Shown: one piece after another, positions 40,781 to 49,673 of the stretch | Layout of the letters: every line of letters starts with the position of its first letter | How positions within the stretch are numbered: the stretch's first letter is position 1 | Program-made: the position numbers and the translations under genes | Notes under the pieces: generated by a model | Database searches by the model: none | What the model saw: only the letters and a program-made list of their open reading frames with translations | Told to the model about the DNA's origin: nothing | Source: an uncultured delta proteobacterium | GTDB taxonomy: Bacteria; Desulfobacterota; RBG-13-43-22 | DNA length: 64,000 nt | Direction: 5' to 3' | Assembly: GCA_963711835.1 (NCBI GenBank) | Contig: CAVQFQ010000017.1 | Location: 288,001 to 352,000 of the forward strand

Positions 40781-42223
40781 ATGAGCAAGCGAATCGGCAT
40801 CATCGGCGCCGGACCGGGAGGTTACATCGCCGCTATCCGGGCGGCTCAGTTGGGGGCCCAGGTGACGGTGGTCGAACAGGAGGCCGTCGGCGGCTGCTGT
40901 TTGAACTGGGGCTGCATTCCCACCAAAACCATCAGAACTACCGCCGAGACCCTGGAGCGCTTTCACCGGGCCAGGGAGCTGGGGATTGATCTGGAGGGGG
41001 GCTTTCGGCCCAATATGGAGCGGATCATGGCCCGGAAAAACGAGGTCATCGCCATCCTGGCTCAGGGCATCAAAAAGATTTTTGAAAGCTATCGGATCGC
41101 CTTTCTTGAGGGGACGGCAACGGTCAGGGATCCGAACACCTTATCGGTTACGGGAAAGGATGGAAGCCGACAAGAACTGCGGGTGGACAACATCATCCTG
41201 GCCTCCGGATCCAGACCGCTGGACTTCCCGGCCTTTCCTTTTGACGGCCGCCATATCCTGTCCAGCAATGACGCCCTGCTCTTGAAAGAGGTCCCCGAGT
41301 CCCTCCTGGTCGTCGGCGGCGGGGTCATCGGCTGCGAATTCGCTTTTATTTTCAGTCTCCTGGGATCCCAGGTGACCGTCGTGGAGGCCCTGTCCCGGGT
41401 GATCGGCCTGCCTTCCATCGACGAAGACTGTTCGGCTGTTATCCTGCGGGAGATGAAGAAGCGCAAGATCAAGGTCTATCTGGATAAGACCATCGAAAAA
41501 ACCGAGATCCAAAACGGCCGGGTCAAGGCCCGCATCGGCCCTTCGCCTTTTTTAACCGAGGCCAGGGAAAAAGACAAAAAGCCCATCGAGCTGGAAATCC
41601 ACAAGGTGCTGGTCTCCATCGGCCGGCAATCCAATACGGATGATCTTGGGCTGGACCGGGTTGGCGTGGCCCTGGATGATCGGGGCTGGATCAAGGCCAA
41701 TGACCGGCTGGAAACCAATGTCCCCGGCATCTATGCCATCGGAGATGCCTTGGGTCCGGCCAGGATCATGCTGGCCCATGTGGCCTCCACTGAGGGCATC
41801 GCGGCCTCGGAAAATATCATGGGAGGCCAACGCGTCATGGATTACCAAGTGGTGCCCTCGGGTATTTTCACCTTTCCCGAGGTGGCTAATGTGGGCCTGA
41901 CCGAGCTGCAAGCCCGGGAGCGGGGCTTGGAATGGCGTTCCGACAGCTTTCAATTCCGGACCCTGGGCAAACCCCAGGCCATGGGAGAGATCGTGGGCCA
42001 GGTCAAAATTGTCTCGGACAACAGGACGCGGAAGATTTTAGGGGTTCATATCGCCGGACCCCAGGCCACGGATCTGATCGCCGAAGGAGCGCTGGCCATG
42101 CAACTGGGGGCCACGGTTGAGGACCTGGCCCATACTATCCACGCCCATCCCACCCTGGCCGAGGCCGTCATGGAGGCGGCCCATAAGGCCCTGGGCACCG
42201 GCCTGCACGGATTAAAAGAATAG
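40781..42223 (+). CDS. lpdA: Dihydrolipoamide dehydrogenase
   Basis: GAGPGGY, GGCCLNWGCIPTK, GGGVIG, HAHPTLAE. Confidence 0.96.
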   Translation: MSKRIGIIGAGPGGYIAAIRAAQLGAQVTVVEQEAVGGCCLNWGCIPTKTIRTTAETLERFHRARELGIDLEGGFRPNMERIMARKNEVIAILAQGIKKIFESYRIAFLEGTATVRDPNTLSVTGKDGSRQELRVDNIILASGSRPLDFPAFPFDGRHILSSNDALLLKEVPESLLVVGGGVIGCEFAFIFSLLGSQVTVVEALSRVIGLPSIDEDCSAVILREMKKRKIKVYLDKTIEKTEIQNGRVKARIGPSPFLTEAREKDKKPIELEIHKVLVSIGRQSNTDDLGLDRVGVALDDRGWIKANDRLETNVPGIYAIGDALGPARIMLAHVASTEGIAASENIMGGQRVMDYQVVPSGIFTFPEVANVGLTELQARERGLEWRSDSFQFRTLGKPQAMGEIVGQVKIVSDNRTRKILGVHIAGPQATDLIAEGALAMQLGATVEDLAHTIHAHPTLAEAVMEAAHKALGTGLHGLKE

Positions 42224-42227
42224 AACG

Positions 42228-42283
42228 GATGACGGATATCGGATGTCTGATACCAGCTGGCGGATGTCAGATGCAGGATATTT
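42228..42283 (+). repeat. Degenerate 7-nt tandem array (8 units)
   Basis: GATGACG GATATCG GATGTCT GATACCA GCTGGCG GATGTCA GATGCAG GATATTT. Confidence 0.7.
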
Positions 42284-42379
42284 AGCTTACGGAATTATTA
42301 CCCGGGATCTGGGAGGGTTTAAAAAGGCCAAGATCCCGGTCTATTCACCTTCCGAGTTTATCCAGGCATTCTTCCCTTC

Positions 42380-43435
42380 TTAGCTCTTATCACTCACCCC
42401 CGCCGATTCAAAGGTGGCCATCTCGTTATAGATCTTGACCGCCGCCTCAATGATGCCCATGGCCAGGGCCGCTCCGGTTCCCTCGCCCAGCCGCAGGCGC
42501 AGGTCCAGTATCGGCTCGACCTTGAAAATTCTTAAGAAAGTGGCGTGGCCCGCCTCCTCGGAACGGTGGCTGAAAAATAAGTAGTCCCGGACCTCGGGAG
42601 CTATTCGACAGGCCGCCAGGGCCCCGGCCGAGGAGATAAACCCGTCCACAACCACAGGGATGCGGAGCGAGGCCGCTCCCAAACAGAGACCGGTGATCCC
42701 GGCGATCTCCAGTCCTCCCAGGGCGGCCAGGGTGCTCAGGGGATCCCCCAGCCTTTTTTGATTTACCTTTATGGCCTTTTTAATAACCTCTATTTTGTGG
42801 TTCAGCCTGGCTTCGTCGATCCCGGTGCCGCACCCGGTGATATCCTCGACCGGACAGGGAAGCAGGACTGCGAAAAGGGCCGAAGAAGCGGTGGTGTTGG
42901 CGATCCCCATATCCCCGGTGCCGATGAGGCTAACGCCGTCGCGGGCCGCTTCCCGGGCTAATTCAATGCCGGCCTCCACGGCCTGAACCGCTTCCTCCAA
43001 TTTCATGGCCGGCTTCCTGGCGATATTGTCGGTCCCGGATCTGATTTTTCTGCGAACCAGGCCGGTGACATCCTCCAGGGGATCATCCACCCCCATATCC
43101 ACCACACACAACTCGGCCCCGATATGCCGGGCCAGGACGTTAATGGCCGCCCCCCCGGACAACATATTCCTGACCATCTGGGGGGTGACCTCCTTGGGAT
43201 AGGCCGATACCCCTTCCACCGCCACGCCATGGTCGCCGCCAAAGGTAACAATCCTTTTTTTGCCCAATCGGGGCCGGGTGGTCTGGGTAATAAGGCCATA
43301 CTGGACGGCCAGGTCTTCCAGCCGTCCCAAGCTTTTGGGCGGCTTGGTCAACCGGTCGAGATGGGCTCGAAGCGACGGTTCCAGGCTGAAGTCCACCGGC
43401 TTTATGGACTGGACGGTTTCATTTACTTTATTCAT
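42380..43435 (-). CDS. cobT: Nicotinate-nucleotide--dimethylbenzimidazole phosphoribosyltransferase
   Basis: [40 protein letters not shown]. Confidence 0.97.
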   Translation of the reverse strand: MNKVNETVQSIKPVDFSLEPSLRAHLDRLTKPPKSLGRLEDLAVQYGLITQTTRPRLGKKRIVTFGGDHGVAVEGVSAYPKEVTPQMVRNMLSGGAAINVLARHIGAELCVVDMGVDDPLEDVTGLVRRKIRSGTDNIARKPAMKLEEAVQAVEAGIELAREAARDGVSLIGTGDMGIANTTASSALFAVLLPCPVEDITGCGTGIDEARLNHKIEVIKKAIKVNQKRLGDPLSTLAALGGLEIAGITGLCLGAASLRIPVVVDGFISSAGALAACRIAPEVRDYLFFSHRSEEAGHATFLRIFKVEPILDLRLRLGEGTGAALAMGIIEAAVKIYNEMATFESAGVSDKS

Positions 43436-43471
43436 AAAGGTTCCTCCTTAAATAAACGGAAATCAAAGCTG

Positions 43472-43510
43472 AAAATAAAAAGGCCCCCTTCTTCATGGAA
43501 GAAAGGAGCC
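43472..43510 (-). terminator. Intrinsic terminator / attenuator in the cobT leader
   Basis: Minus strand GGCTCCTTTCTTC-CAT-GAAGAAGGGGGCC-TTTTTATTTT. Confidence 0.8.
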
Positions 43511-43539
43511 CTTTACCATCAGGTTCCTGGTCTGCGCAC

Positions 43540-43720
43540 AGCCTCCTGGTCGTCTTCTGGCTTCCCCGGTCTTTAACCGGCCTTCCCATCCCGCTTAGGC
43601 GGGACAGTGGCCGGACTGGTTAAAAGACTTCTCTCCCTGTTAGAAGAAAAGCGGGGTTACAGCGGCGGGACCGCCACGGATTCGCACCGTGTTCCGTTAC
43701 CGGCAGGCTATACCGTAATC
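43540..43720 (-). ncRNA. Cobalamin (B12) riboswitch
   Basis: Minus strand CGGAACACGGTGCGAATCCGTGGCGGTCCCGCCGCTGTAA...GCCACTG..GGGAAGG...AGCCAGAAGAC upstream of cobT; TTGACA-17-TAAAAA promoter at 43755-43727. Confidence 0.92.
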
Positions 43721-43764
43721 AACAAATTTTTAACTCGACTCCCGAAGATTGTCAATAAAAAAAA

Positions 43765-44848
43765 TAGGGGACGTTGGTGCAGAAAGTGCTTGACTAAGTT
43801 GGACTTTAACGTTACTATATACATTATGCCCAGATCAGCACGATTAGATGCGCCGGGGGTGTTGCACCATGTAATCGGACGTGGAATTGAGGGGAGACCC
43901 ATCTTTCCCTCCGGTAAGGATGGGGAGGACTTTATTTCTCGTCTATCCGCTCTGGTTGATACGCAGGCCATGGACGTTTACGCCTGGGCTTTATTGCCTA
44001 ACCATTTTCATCTTCTCTGCAAAACTAAACACAAACCATTGGCCTGGAGTATGCGCAAGCTTCTCACCGGCTATGCCGTCAATTTTAATAAAAGATATAA
44101 AAGGCAGGGGCATCTATTCCAGAATCGTTATAAATCCATCGTCTGCCAGGAAGAAGCCTATTTATTGGAGCTGGTCCGGTATATTCATCTGAATCCTTTG
44201 CGGGCGCGACTGGTTGATCGCCTGCATGAATTGAACTATTATCCCTGGTCGGGGCATTCCGCCCTGTTAGGGCGAAGAAACAGACCGTGGCAGGATATTA
44301 ATTATGTTCTTGGCTATTTTGGAAAAGGAAATATCGGCCCTAAAAAATACCTGCAATTCATTAAAGAAGGAATGGTTCAAGGCAAAAGGCCTGATTTAGT
44401 CGGAGGGGGTCTTATCCGCAGTTCGGGGGGATGGTCCGAGGTCTTAAGTCTCAGAAAACGGGGAGAGAAGGAAGCCAGTGATCAGAGAATCTTGGGTGAG
44501 GGAGATTTTGTGGAAAAGGTTTTATCCGAAGCCACCAATTTTCAGAAGGAGGTTTTGGGCCTGAACAAGAAAAAATTGGATCTGCCTAATTTGGCTTCAA
44601 GGATTAGCGCTCGGCAGGGGATTTCTCTGGATGAACTTCTATCCGCCAGCCTCAGAAAGGAGATCGTCGAAGCCCGCCGGGTTTTGGCTTGGCTTGCAGT
44701 AAAGGTCTTGAGGTACTCCGGGGCGGAAGTCGCCCGCTACCTGGGCGTAACGAGTTCCTGTATAAATCGGTCCCTGTCCAGGGGAGATAGTCCCAAGCAG
44801 GAAGAATACTTATGAGCCTGGAAGCAATCCCTGCACCAACGTCCCCTA
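43765..44848 (+). mobile_element. Y1/HUH transposase element bounded by perfect 18-bp terminal inverted repeats
   Basis: TAGGGGACGTTGGTGCAG (43765-43782) and CTGCACCAACGTCCCCTA (44831-44848). Confidence 0.8.
43826..44815 (+). CDS. RAYT-like Y1 tyrosine transposase with C-terminal HTH
   Basis: MPRSAR..HHVIGRG, YAWALLPNHFHLL (HUH), GHLFQNRYKS, RYIHLNP, YPWSG; TTGACT-17-TACTAT promoter immediately before the ATG. Confidence 0.92.
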   Translation: MPRSARLDAPGVLHHVIGRGIEGRPIFPSGKDGEDFISRLSALVDTQAMDVYAWALLPNHFHLLCKTKHKPLAWSMRKLLTGYAVNFNKRYKRQGHLFQNRYKSIVCQEEAYLLELVRYIHLNPLRARLVDRLHELNYYPWSGHSALLGRRNRPWQDINYVLGYFGKGNIGPKKYLQFIKEGMVQGKRPDLVGGGLIRSSGGWSEVLSLRKRGEKEASDQRILGEGDFVEKVLSEATNFQKEVLGLNKKKLDLPNLASRISARQGISLDELLSASLRKEIVEARRVLAWLAVKVLRYSGAEVARYLGVTSSCINRSLSRGDSPKQEEYL

Positions 44849-46551
44849 AATTGGTGGGCCTTAATTTGGGGTTGGTTCCTTTTAGGGAGGCCTGGGAGTT
44901 GCAGAAAGAATGGGCGGCGCAGCGGCGGGAGGGGACATTGCCGGACGGATTGATTCTGCTGGAACATCCGCCGGTCTTGACCCTGGGCCGGTGGGGGAAA
45001 AAGGAAAATCTTAAGGTCTCGGCCGATTATTTAAAGCAGAAAAACATGGCTCTGATCCGCTGCGAACGGGGAGGAGAGATCACCTACCATGGTCCGGGAC
45101 AGTTGGTGGGCTACCCCATCTTGAGGTTGCAGTCATTCCAGCTCGGCGTCAGGACCTATGTCAGCCGTCTGGAGGAAGTCCTGATCAACACCCTGTTTGA
45201 TTTTGGTCTGGTCGCCGGTCGCCGGGAAGGATTTCCGGGTGTCTGGATCAACCAGCATAAGATCGCTTCTATCGGGATTGCCGTCCAAAAGGGCATTGCT
45301 TTTCATGGCTTTGCCCTGAACTACGCCCCTGATTTGGACCACTTCCGCCTCATCACCCCGTGCGGCTTGCCGGGTGTTGAAATGACCTCCATAGAAGCCA
45401 TGACCGGCAGACCCTTAGACCCTCATTATTTAAGGGAACGGGTGACCCGCAATTTCGGAGAGGTCTTCGGGGCTGAAATAGTCCCGGTAAGCCTTGAGGC
45501 TTTAAATCTGGAAACTGTGTCGCAATTACCAAAACGTCATTCCGGACGAGATCCGGAATCCATCCCGCCGAAGGCGGGACTGGATCCCGGCTCCCTTGGC
45601 CGGGATGACGAATTAAGACGCAGTCTTCAGCTAAAAAAGCCCCTCTGGCTCAAAAAAAAGATCCCTTCGGCAGGTTCCAGCGCCCAGGTCAAGGCCCTGA
45701 TCCGGAAGGGCGGGCTGCATACCGTTTGCCGGGAAGCCCAGTGCCCCAATCAGGGGGAATGTTTCAGCCGGGGAACGGCCGCCTTTCTGCTCATGGGAGA
45801 CCGCTGTACGCGCTGCTGTACTTTCTGTGCCGTGTCGCCCGGCCTTCCGAACCCATTAAACCCGGATGAACCGGCAGAGATCGCCCGGGCCGTAAAGAAG
45901 ATGGGGCTTTCCTATGCGGTCCTGACCTCGGTCACCCGGGACGATCTGTCTGACGGCGGGGCCGGCCATTTTTGTGAAACCATCGAGGCTATCGGCCGGA
46001 TCGTGCCTCAAACACAGGTCGAATGTCTCATCCCCGACTTCCAGGGATCGAAATCGTCCCTGGATCTGGTAGCCCGGACCGATCCGGCTGTCATCAATCA
46101 TAACCTGGAAACCGTGGAGCGTCTCTATCCCTCGGTGCGGCCAGGAGCGGATTTCAAACGCTCCCTCCAACTTATCGGATATCTCAAAGAAACTTTTCCC
46201 GGGCTATTGACCAAATCAGGGATTATGGTAGGATTGGGAGAGACCCGGGAGGAGACCAGGAGGGTCTTGGAGGATCTCCGGGATCAGGGCTGCGCCATCC
46301 TGACCATCGGCCAGTATCTGCAGCCTTCTCCAAAACATCATCCGGTAGTGCGATATGTTCCTCCCGATGAATTTGCAGGATGGGAGGAAGAGGCCTGCCA
46401 ACTGGGCTTTAAAGCCGTGGCCTGCGGTCCTTTTGTTCGCAGCTCCTTTGAGGCCGAAGGCCTTTATGCCAAGGCGGGGTCCAGCCCGCCCCGGCGGATC
46501 GGCGACCCCTCCCCCATCGGGGAGGAGAAAATATTTTGTTGCCTATCCTGA
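44812..46551 (+). CDS. lipB-lipA: Fused octanoyltransferase LipB - lipoyl synthase LipA
   Basis: LEHPPV.TLGR, RGGEITYHGPGQLVGYP, KIASIG, HGFALN, PCG; then TVCREAQCPNQGEC, CTRCCTFC, HNLETV, GQYLQP, VRSS. Confidence 0.93.
   Translation: MSLEAIPAPTSPKLVGLNLGLVPFREAWELQKEWAAQRREGTLPDGLILLEHPPVLTLGRWGKKENLKVSADYLKQKNMALIRCERGGEITYHGPGQLVGYPILRLQSFQLGVRTYVSRLEEVLINTLFDFGLVAGRREGFPGVWINQHKIASIGIAVQKGIAFHGFALNYAPDLDHFRLITPCGLPGVEMTSIEAMTGRPLDPHYLRERVTRNFGEVFGAEIVPVSLEALNLETVSQLPKRHSGRDPESIPPKAGLDPGSLGRDDELRRSLQLKKPLWLKKKIPSAGSSAQVKALIRKGGLHTVCREAQCPNQGECFSRGTAAFLLMGDRCTRCCTFCAVSPGLPNPLNPDEPAEIARAVKKMGLSYAVLTSVTRDDLSDGGAGHFCETIEAIGRIVPQTQVECLIPDFQGSKSSLDLVARTDPAVINHNLETVERLYPSVRPGADFKRSLQLIGYLKETFPGLLTKSGIMVGLGETREETRRVLEDLRDQGCAILTIGQYLQPSPKHHPVVRYVPPDEFAGWEEEACQLGFKAVACGPFVRSSFEAEGLYAKAGSSPPRRIGDPSPIGEEKIFCCLS
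45514..45624. repeat. CGTC-type palindromic repeat doublet inserted in-frame in lipB-lipA
   Basis: CGTCATTCCGGACGAGATCCGGAATCCA ... CTGGATCCCGGCTCCCTTGGCCGGGATGACG inside an outer IR ACTGTGTCGCAATT / AATTAAGACGCAGT. Confidence 0.85.
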
Positions 46552-46672
46552 TGGTCAGGAATAAATTCTTAAGAATACAGGGTATAAGAATCTGAAGTTG
46601 AATTACCCCTTTCAAAAGGGTACAATACCGTTTAAAAATTAATGTCCGGAACGTGATCAGGAGGTAGATCCT

Positions 46673-47170
46673 ATGTCTCTGAAAAGAAGCCACCAGGGGA
46701 GAAAATGCATCCGCGGGGGGCTCATCCTGCTCGGTCTATTCTTATTTTTTGGCACCCTATCCTGCAATTCCGGAACCGGCAGCAGCACCAGTACTACCTC
46801 AACCGGTGGGGGAGGAGGGGTAGGCTGGACGATTTCAGTCAAGACCACCACCAACACCGTTTCCTTATCCCTGAATCAGACTACCTCGGTCATTGTCCAG
46901 GTCAAAGACGGCGCCGGCGGGCCGGCCCCTAAAGGGACACGTATCTGCGTCTCCGTCGCCCGGGGTACGATTTGGGTCGATGAGATCGGGAAAGACGAAC
47001 CGGTTATTACCGGATGCGCCCCTACCGGCAATGATATCGGGCAATTGATGGGGACTTATGTTCCGAACCGAGGCAATACTCAAGATAATCCATTCGCACC
47101 GGGGCATGATTATATCGATGCCTCTTCCCAGGGGGTTTTTGGAACAGTGACTATAAATGTAGTTCCCTAA
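46673..47170 (+). CDS. Putative lipoprotein with Ig-like/invasin-type domain
   Basis: Signal peptide ending GTLSC, S/T/G-rich linker, VIVQVKD..G.P...GT. Confidence 0.6.
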   Translation: MSLKRSHQGRKCIRGGLILLGLFLFFGTLSCNSGTGSSTSTTSTGGGGGVGWTISVKTTTNTVSLSLNQTTSVIVQVKDGAGGPAPKGTRICVSVARGTIWVDEIGKDEPVITGCAPTGNDIGQLMGTYVPNRGNTQDNPFAPGHDYIDASSQGVFGTVTINVVP

Positions 47171-47186
47171 TGTAAGGAGGTGCCTA

Positions 47187-48446
47187 ATGGTCAAACGATT
47201 TTTTTATTTGTTCCTGGTCTTTTTAGTTCCGACTTTATTTCTGGTATTCCTTGAAAAAGACGCTCCTCAGGCCCTGCCCTCGGCCGGCGCTGCCGGGGAA
47301 CAAAAGGCCCCGGCCCCTTCGGGCGGGCCGGGTGCAGTGACCATCCAGGCGGACAAGGCCTCGTTGAACAACGGCGGAACCCTGACCGTTACAGGCCAGG
47401 CCCCGGCCGGCAAACCGGTTTATCTGGAGATTTTCGCCGAAAAAAAGGTGCGGGCCAATCTTTTCGACAACAAGAAAGATGAAAAGACCGGACAAATCCC
47501 TTACATTCTCTATTTGACCGATGAGATGCCCGGTTATTACAAGATCATCGTGCCCAAGGACCAGCAGGGGAAACTGGAGGTCGTAAAGAAAGAAGGCCGG
47601 AAATGGTCTTTTTCCAAGGCCCTCAAAGACCTGGGTGCGGATGTGGCCTACAGCGCTCCGGGCAGCATAAAAATTGATAAATATAAGGCCTCCATTCTGG
47701 CCAGCATCATCGGGTCCCGCGGGGAACTGTTGCCGGCCATGGATCCCCAGGAAAACAAAAGGCGGTCCATGCAATTAGTCAAGTCCCGCTTCCGGAATGT
47801 GGATAAGGTCCTGGCGGCTGCCGTGGAAACCAATCCCGACGGGACCTATAAGGCCACCTTCAATATCCGGTCCGGTTTGCCGGACGGTCGATACACCATC
47901 GTAGCGACAGCGGGTAAAGACCTTAAAAGCCAACCCCTGACCTTTGAAAACAAGATCAGCTTCCCCACCCTTTACCTCAGCAACGCCGGGACCAGCCTCA
48001 ATCTGTTCTGGCCCTTTTTGCTTACCCTGGCCATCGCCATCTTCGGGGTCCTCATGGGCGCCGGTGGCGGATTTATTCTAAATCCCCTCCTGGTCCTGAT
48101 CTGGCCTCTGCCCCACAATGTGGTGGCCGGCACGGTTATGCCCACCGTGGCTTTTTCCCAGGCCAGCGGCATCTATAATTACTCCAAGATCAAGTTCATC
48201 AACTGGAAAGTGGGGGTCATCGTCGGCTGCTCCATGCTGGCCGGCGGATTCATCGGCCCCAAGTTGACCGAACTTCTTACTTTGGATCAATACAAGTTTA
48301 TCTTCGGCTGGATCCTTCTGGTCCTGGCGGTCCTGCTCTTCTGGCAGACCACCAAGAGTTATGTGAATAAGAACAAGAAGGAGCAGGCCATCCTGAAAGA
48401 ATTCAAGAAACGAGCCGAAGAAGCGGCCAAAGGCAAAAAGGGTTAA
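47187..48446 (+). CDS. Large periplasmic domain fused to the N-terminal half of a TauE/SafE transporter
   Basis: Signal/TM, ~250 aa soluble region, then GVLMGAGGGFILNP and 4 TM. Confidence 0.8.
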   Translation: MVKRFFYLFLVFLVPTLFLVFLEKDAPQALPSAGAAGEQKAPAPSGGPGAVTIQADKASLNNGGTLTVTGQAPAGKPVYLEIFAEKKVRANLFDNKKDEKTGQIPYILYLTDEMPGYYKIIVPKDQQGKLEVVKKEGRKWSFSKALKDLGADVAYSAPGSIKIDKYKASILASIIGSRGELLPAMDPQENKRRSMQLVKSRFRNVDKVLAAAVETNPDGTYKATFNIRSGLPDGRYTIVATAGKDLKSQPLTFENKISFPTLYLSNAGTSLNLFWPFLLTLAIAIFGVLMGAGGGFILNPLLVLIWPLPHNVVAGTVMPTVAFSQASGIYNYSKIKFINWKVGVIVGCSMLAGGFIGPKLTELLTLDQYKFIFGWILLVLAVLLFWQTTKSYVNKNKKEQAILKEFKKRAEEAAKGKKG

Positions 48447-48471
48447 TCCGGGTTTAAGTTAGGAGGAGGAT

Positions 48472-48864
48472 ATGGAAATAGATTTCTGGGGACAAAAATT
48501 CAAGGTCAATATGGTCATCGGCTGCATCGGGGGATTTATCATTGCCATAGTGGCTTCCATGTTCGGTTTCGGGGGCGGGCCTTTTATGATGCCCCTGATG
48601 GCCCTGGGCATGGGACTGCCCATGTATGTGGTGGTGGGAAGTTCTCTTTTGGCCATCTTTTTCAACACCGTCATCGGTTCCCTGCAGCATTACCGTTTCG
48701 GAAATTTTGATTTCCTGTTTTTCCTGATCATGTTCCCGGCGGCCATCCTGGGCGGCTACATCGCCCCGCAGATCGCCAAGCGGGTCAGCCCCCTATGGAT
48801 CAAGCGCATTGCCGCCGCGGGACTGGTGATTCTGGGCCTGATTTTACTGGGCGTGATTTTTTGA
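48472..48864 (+). CDS. C-terminal half of a TauE/SafE transporter
   Basis: ASMFGFGGGPFMMP; strong RBS AGGAGGAGG. Confidence 0.8.
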   Translation: MEIDFWGQKFKVNMVIGCIGGFIIAIVASMFGFGGGPFMMPLMALGMGLPMYVVVGSSLLAIFFNTVIGSLQHYRFGNFDFLFFLIMFPAAILGGYIAPQIAKRVSPLWIKRIAAAGLVILGLILLGVIF

Positions 48865-48917
48865 CGAAGGTTGAAAGAAAACAGGGGCGGGTCTTCTATA
48901 CGGAAGCCCCGCTCCAC

Positions 48918-49367
48918 TTATCCAGCTTTATTACTCGGGTTGAATGTCTGAAAAATAAAATCAACCGGCCTGAGAATCAAGGTTTCCCCGATCTTCTTGC
49001 GATAGAAGTCACGAAAATCCCTGGCATTGCCCGTTATAAAAAAATCCATTCCATGGTAGAGGGCTGTGGTCAGGATAATGCGGTCATTAAGAGGGAGGGT
49101 TTCCAATTCTTTGTTTTTAAATCGGATGAGAATATCATCCAGGACCGTAGATTTGTTGATTAATCCTTTGAGGAAGGACAGATGTTCCGGTTTTTTCCTC
49201 TCCATGTTCCAAACTGCCTCTTTCAAGACTAATTCTGAAATGAAGATATCAAAGCCCCCCCTGCTCCGGAGCTCATAAATCAGGTGAGATCTGGAACCGC
49301 CCTTTCCCGAGTAGGCGGCTGAGAATAAAACATTGCTGTCCAGAAAAACTTTTAAATTTTTTCCCAC
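48918..49367 (-). CDS. PIN-domain (VapC-like) toxin
   Basis: VFLDSNVLFSA, ND..IL..A, FITGN.RDF. Confidence 0.85.
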   Translation of the reverse strand: MGKNLKVFLDSNVLFSAAYSGKGGSRSHLIYELRSRGGFDIFISELVLKEAVWNMERKKPEHLSFLKGLINKSTVLDDILIRFKNKELETLPLNDRIILTTALYHGMDFFITGNARDFRDFYRKKIGETLILRPVDFIFQTFNPSNKAG

Positions 49368-49615
49368 CTGGCCAGAGCCTTTTTCTTTTCCCCTGCCTTC
49401 AGGAGATCCTCTTTTGCCAATTCCTGGATAAACTCATCGGAAAAGGCCCTCACGGTGATGGTGAGGGCCGGTTTAACCACAATCCCTTGTTCGGTTAGTT
49501 CCAGAAGCACCGGAGATTTAGGTTTAATTCCCATTTTGTCCCTATATCGTTTAGGAAGAGTTATCTGCCCTCTTTCACCTACCATGACTGTTTCCACCCA
49601 ATCGTACCCCCTCAC
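49352..49615 (-). CDS. AbrB/MazE-type antitoxin
   Basis: VGERGQITLPK.YRDKMGI; overlaps the PIN gene. Confidence 0.88.
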   Translation of the reverse strand: MRGYDWVETVMVGERGQITLPKRYRDKMGIKPKSPVLLELTEQGIVVKPALTITVRAFSDEFIQELAKEDLLKAGEKKKALARWEKI

Positions 49616-49673
49616 TTTTCAGTAAATTCAATAATACATACTTTCCGTAAGTAAGTAAATAGCTATTTTTGGT

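Noticed and set aside
43607-43825. 73-aa N-terminal extension of the transposase ORF
   Set aside because: It overlaps the antisense B12 riboswitch and crosses the left TIR; homology and a promoter support ATG 43826.
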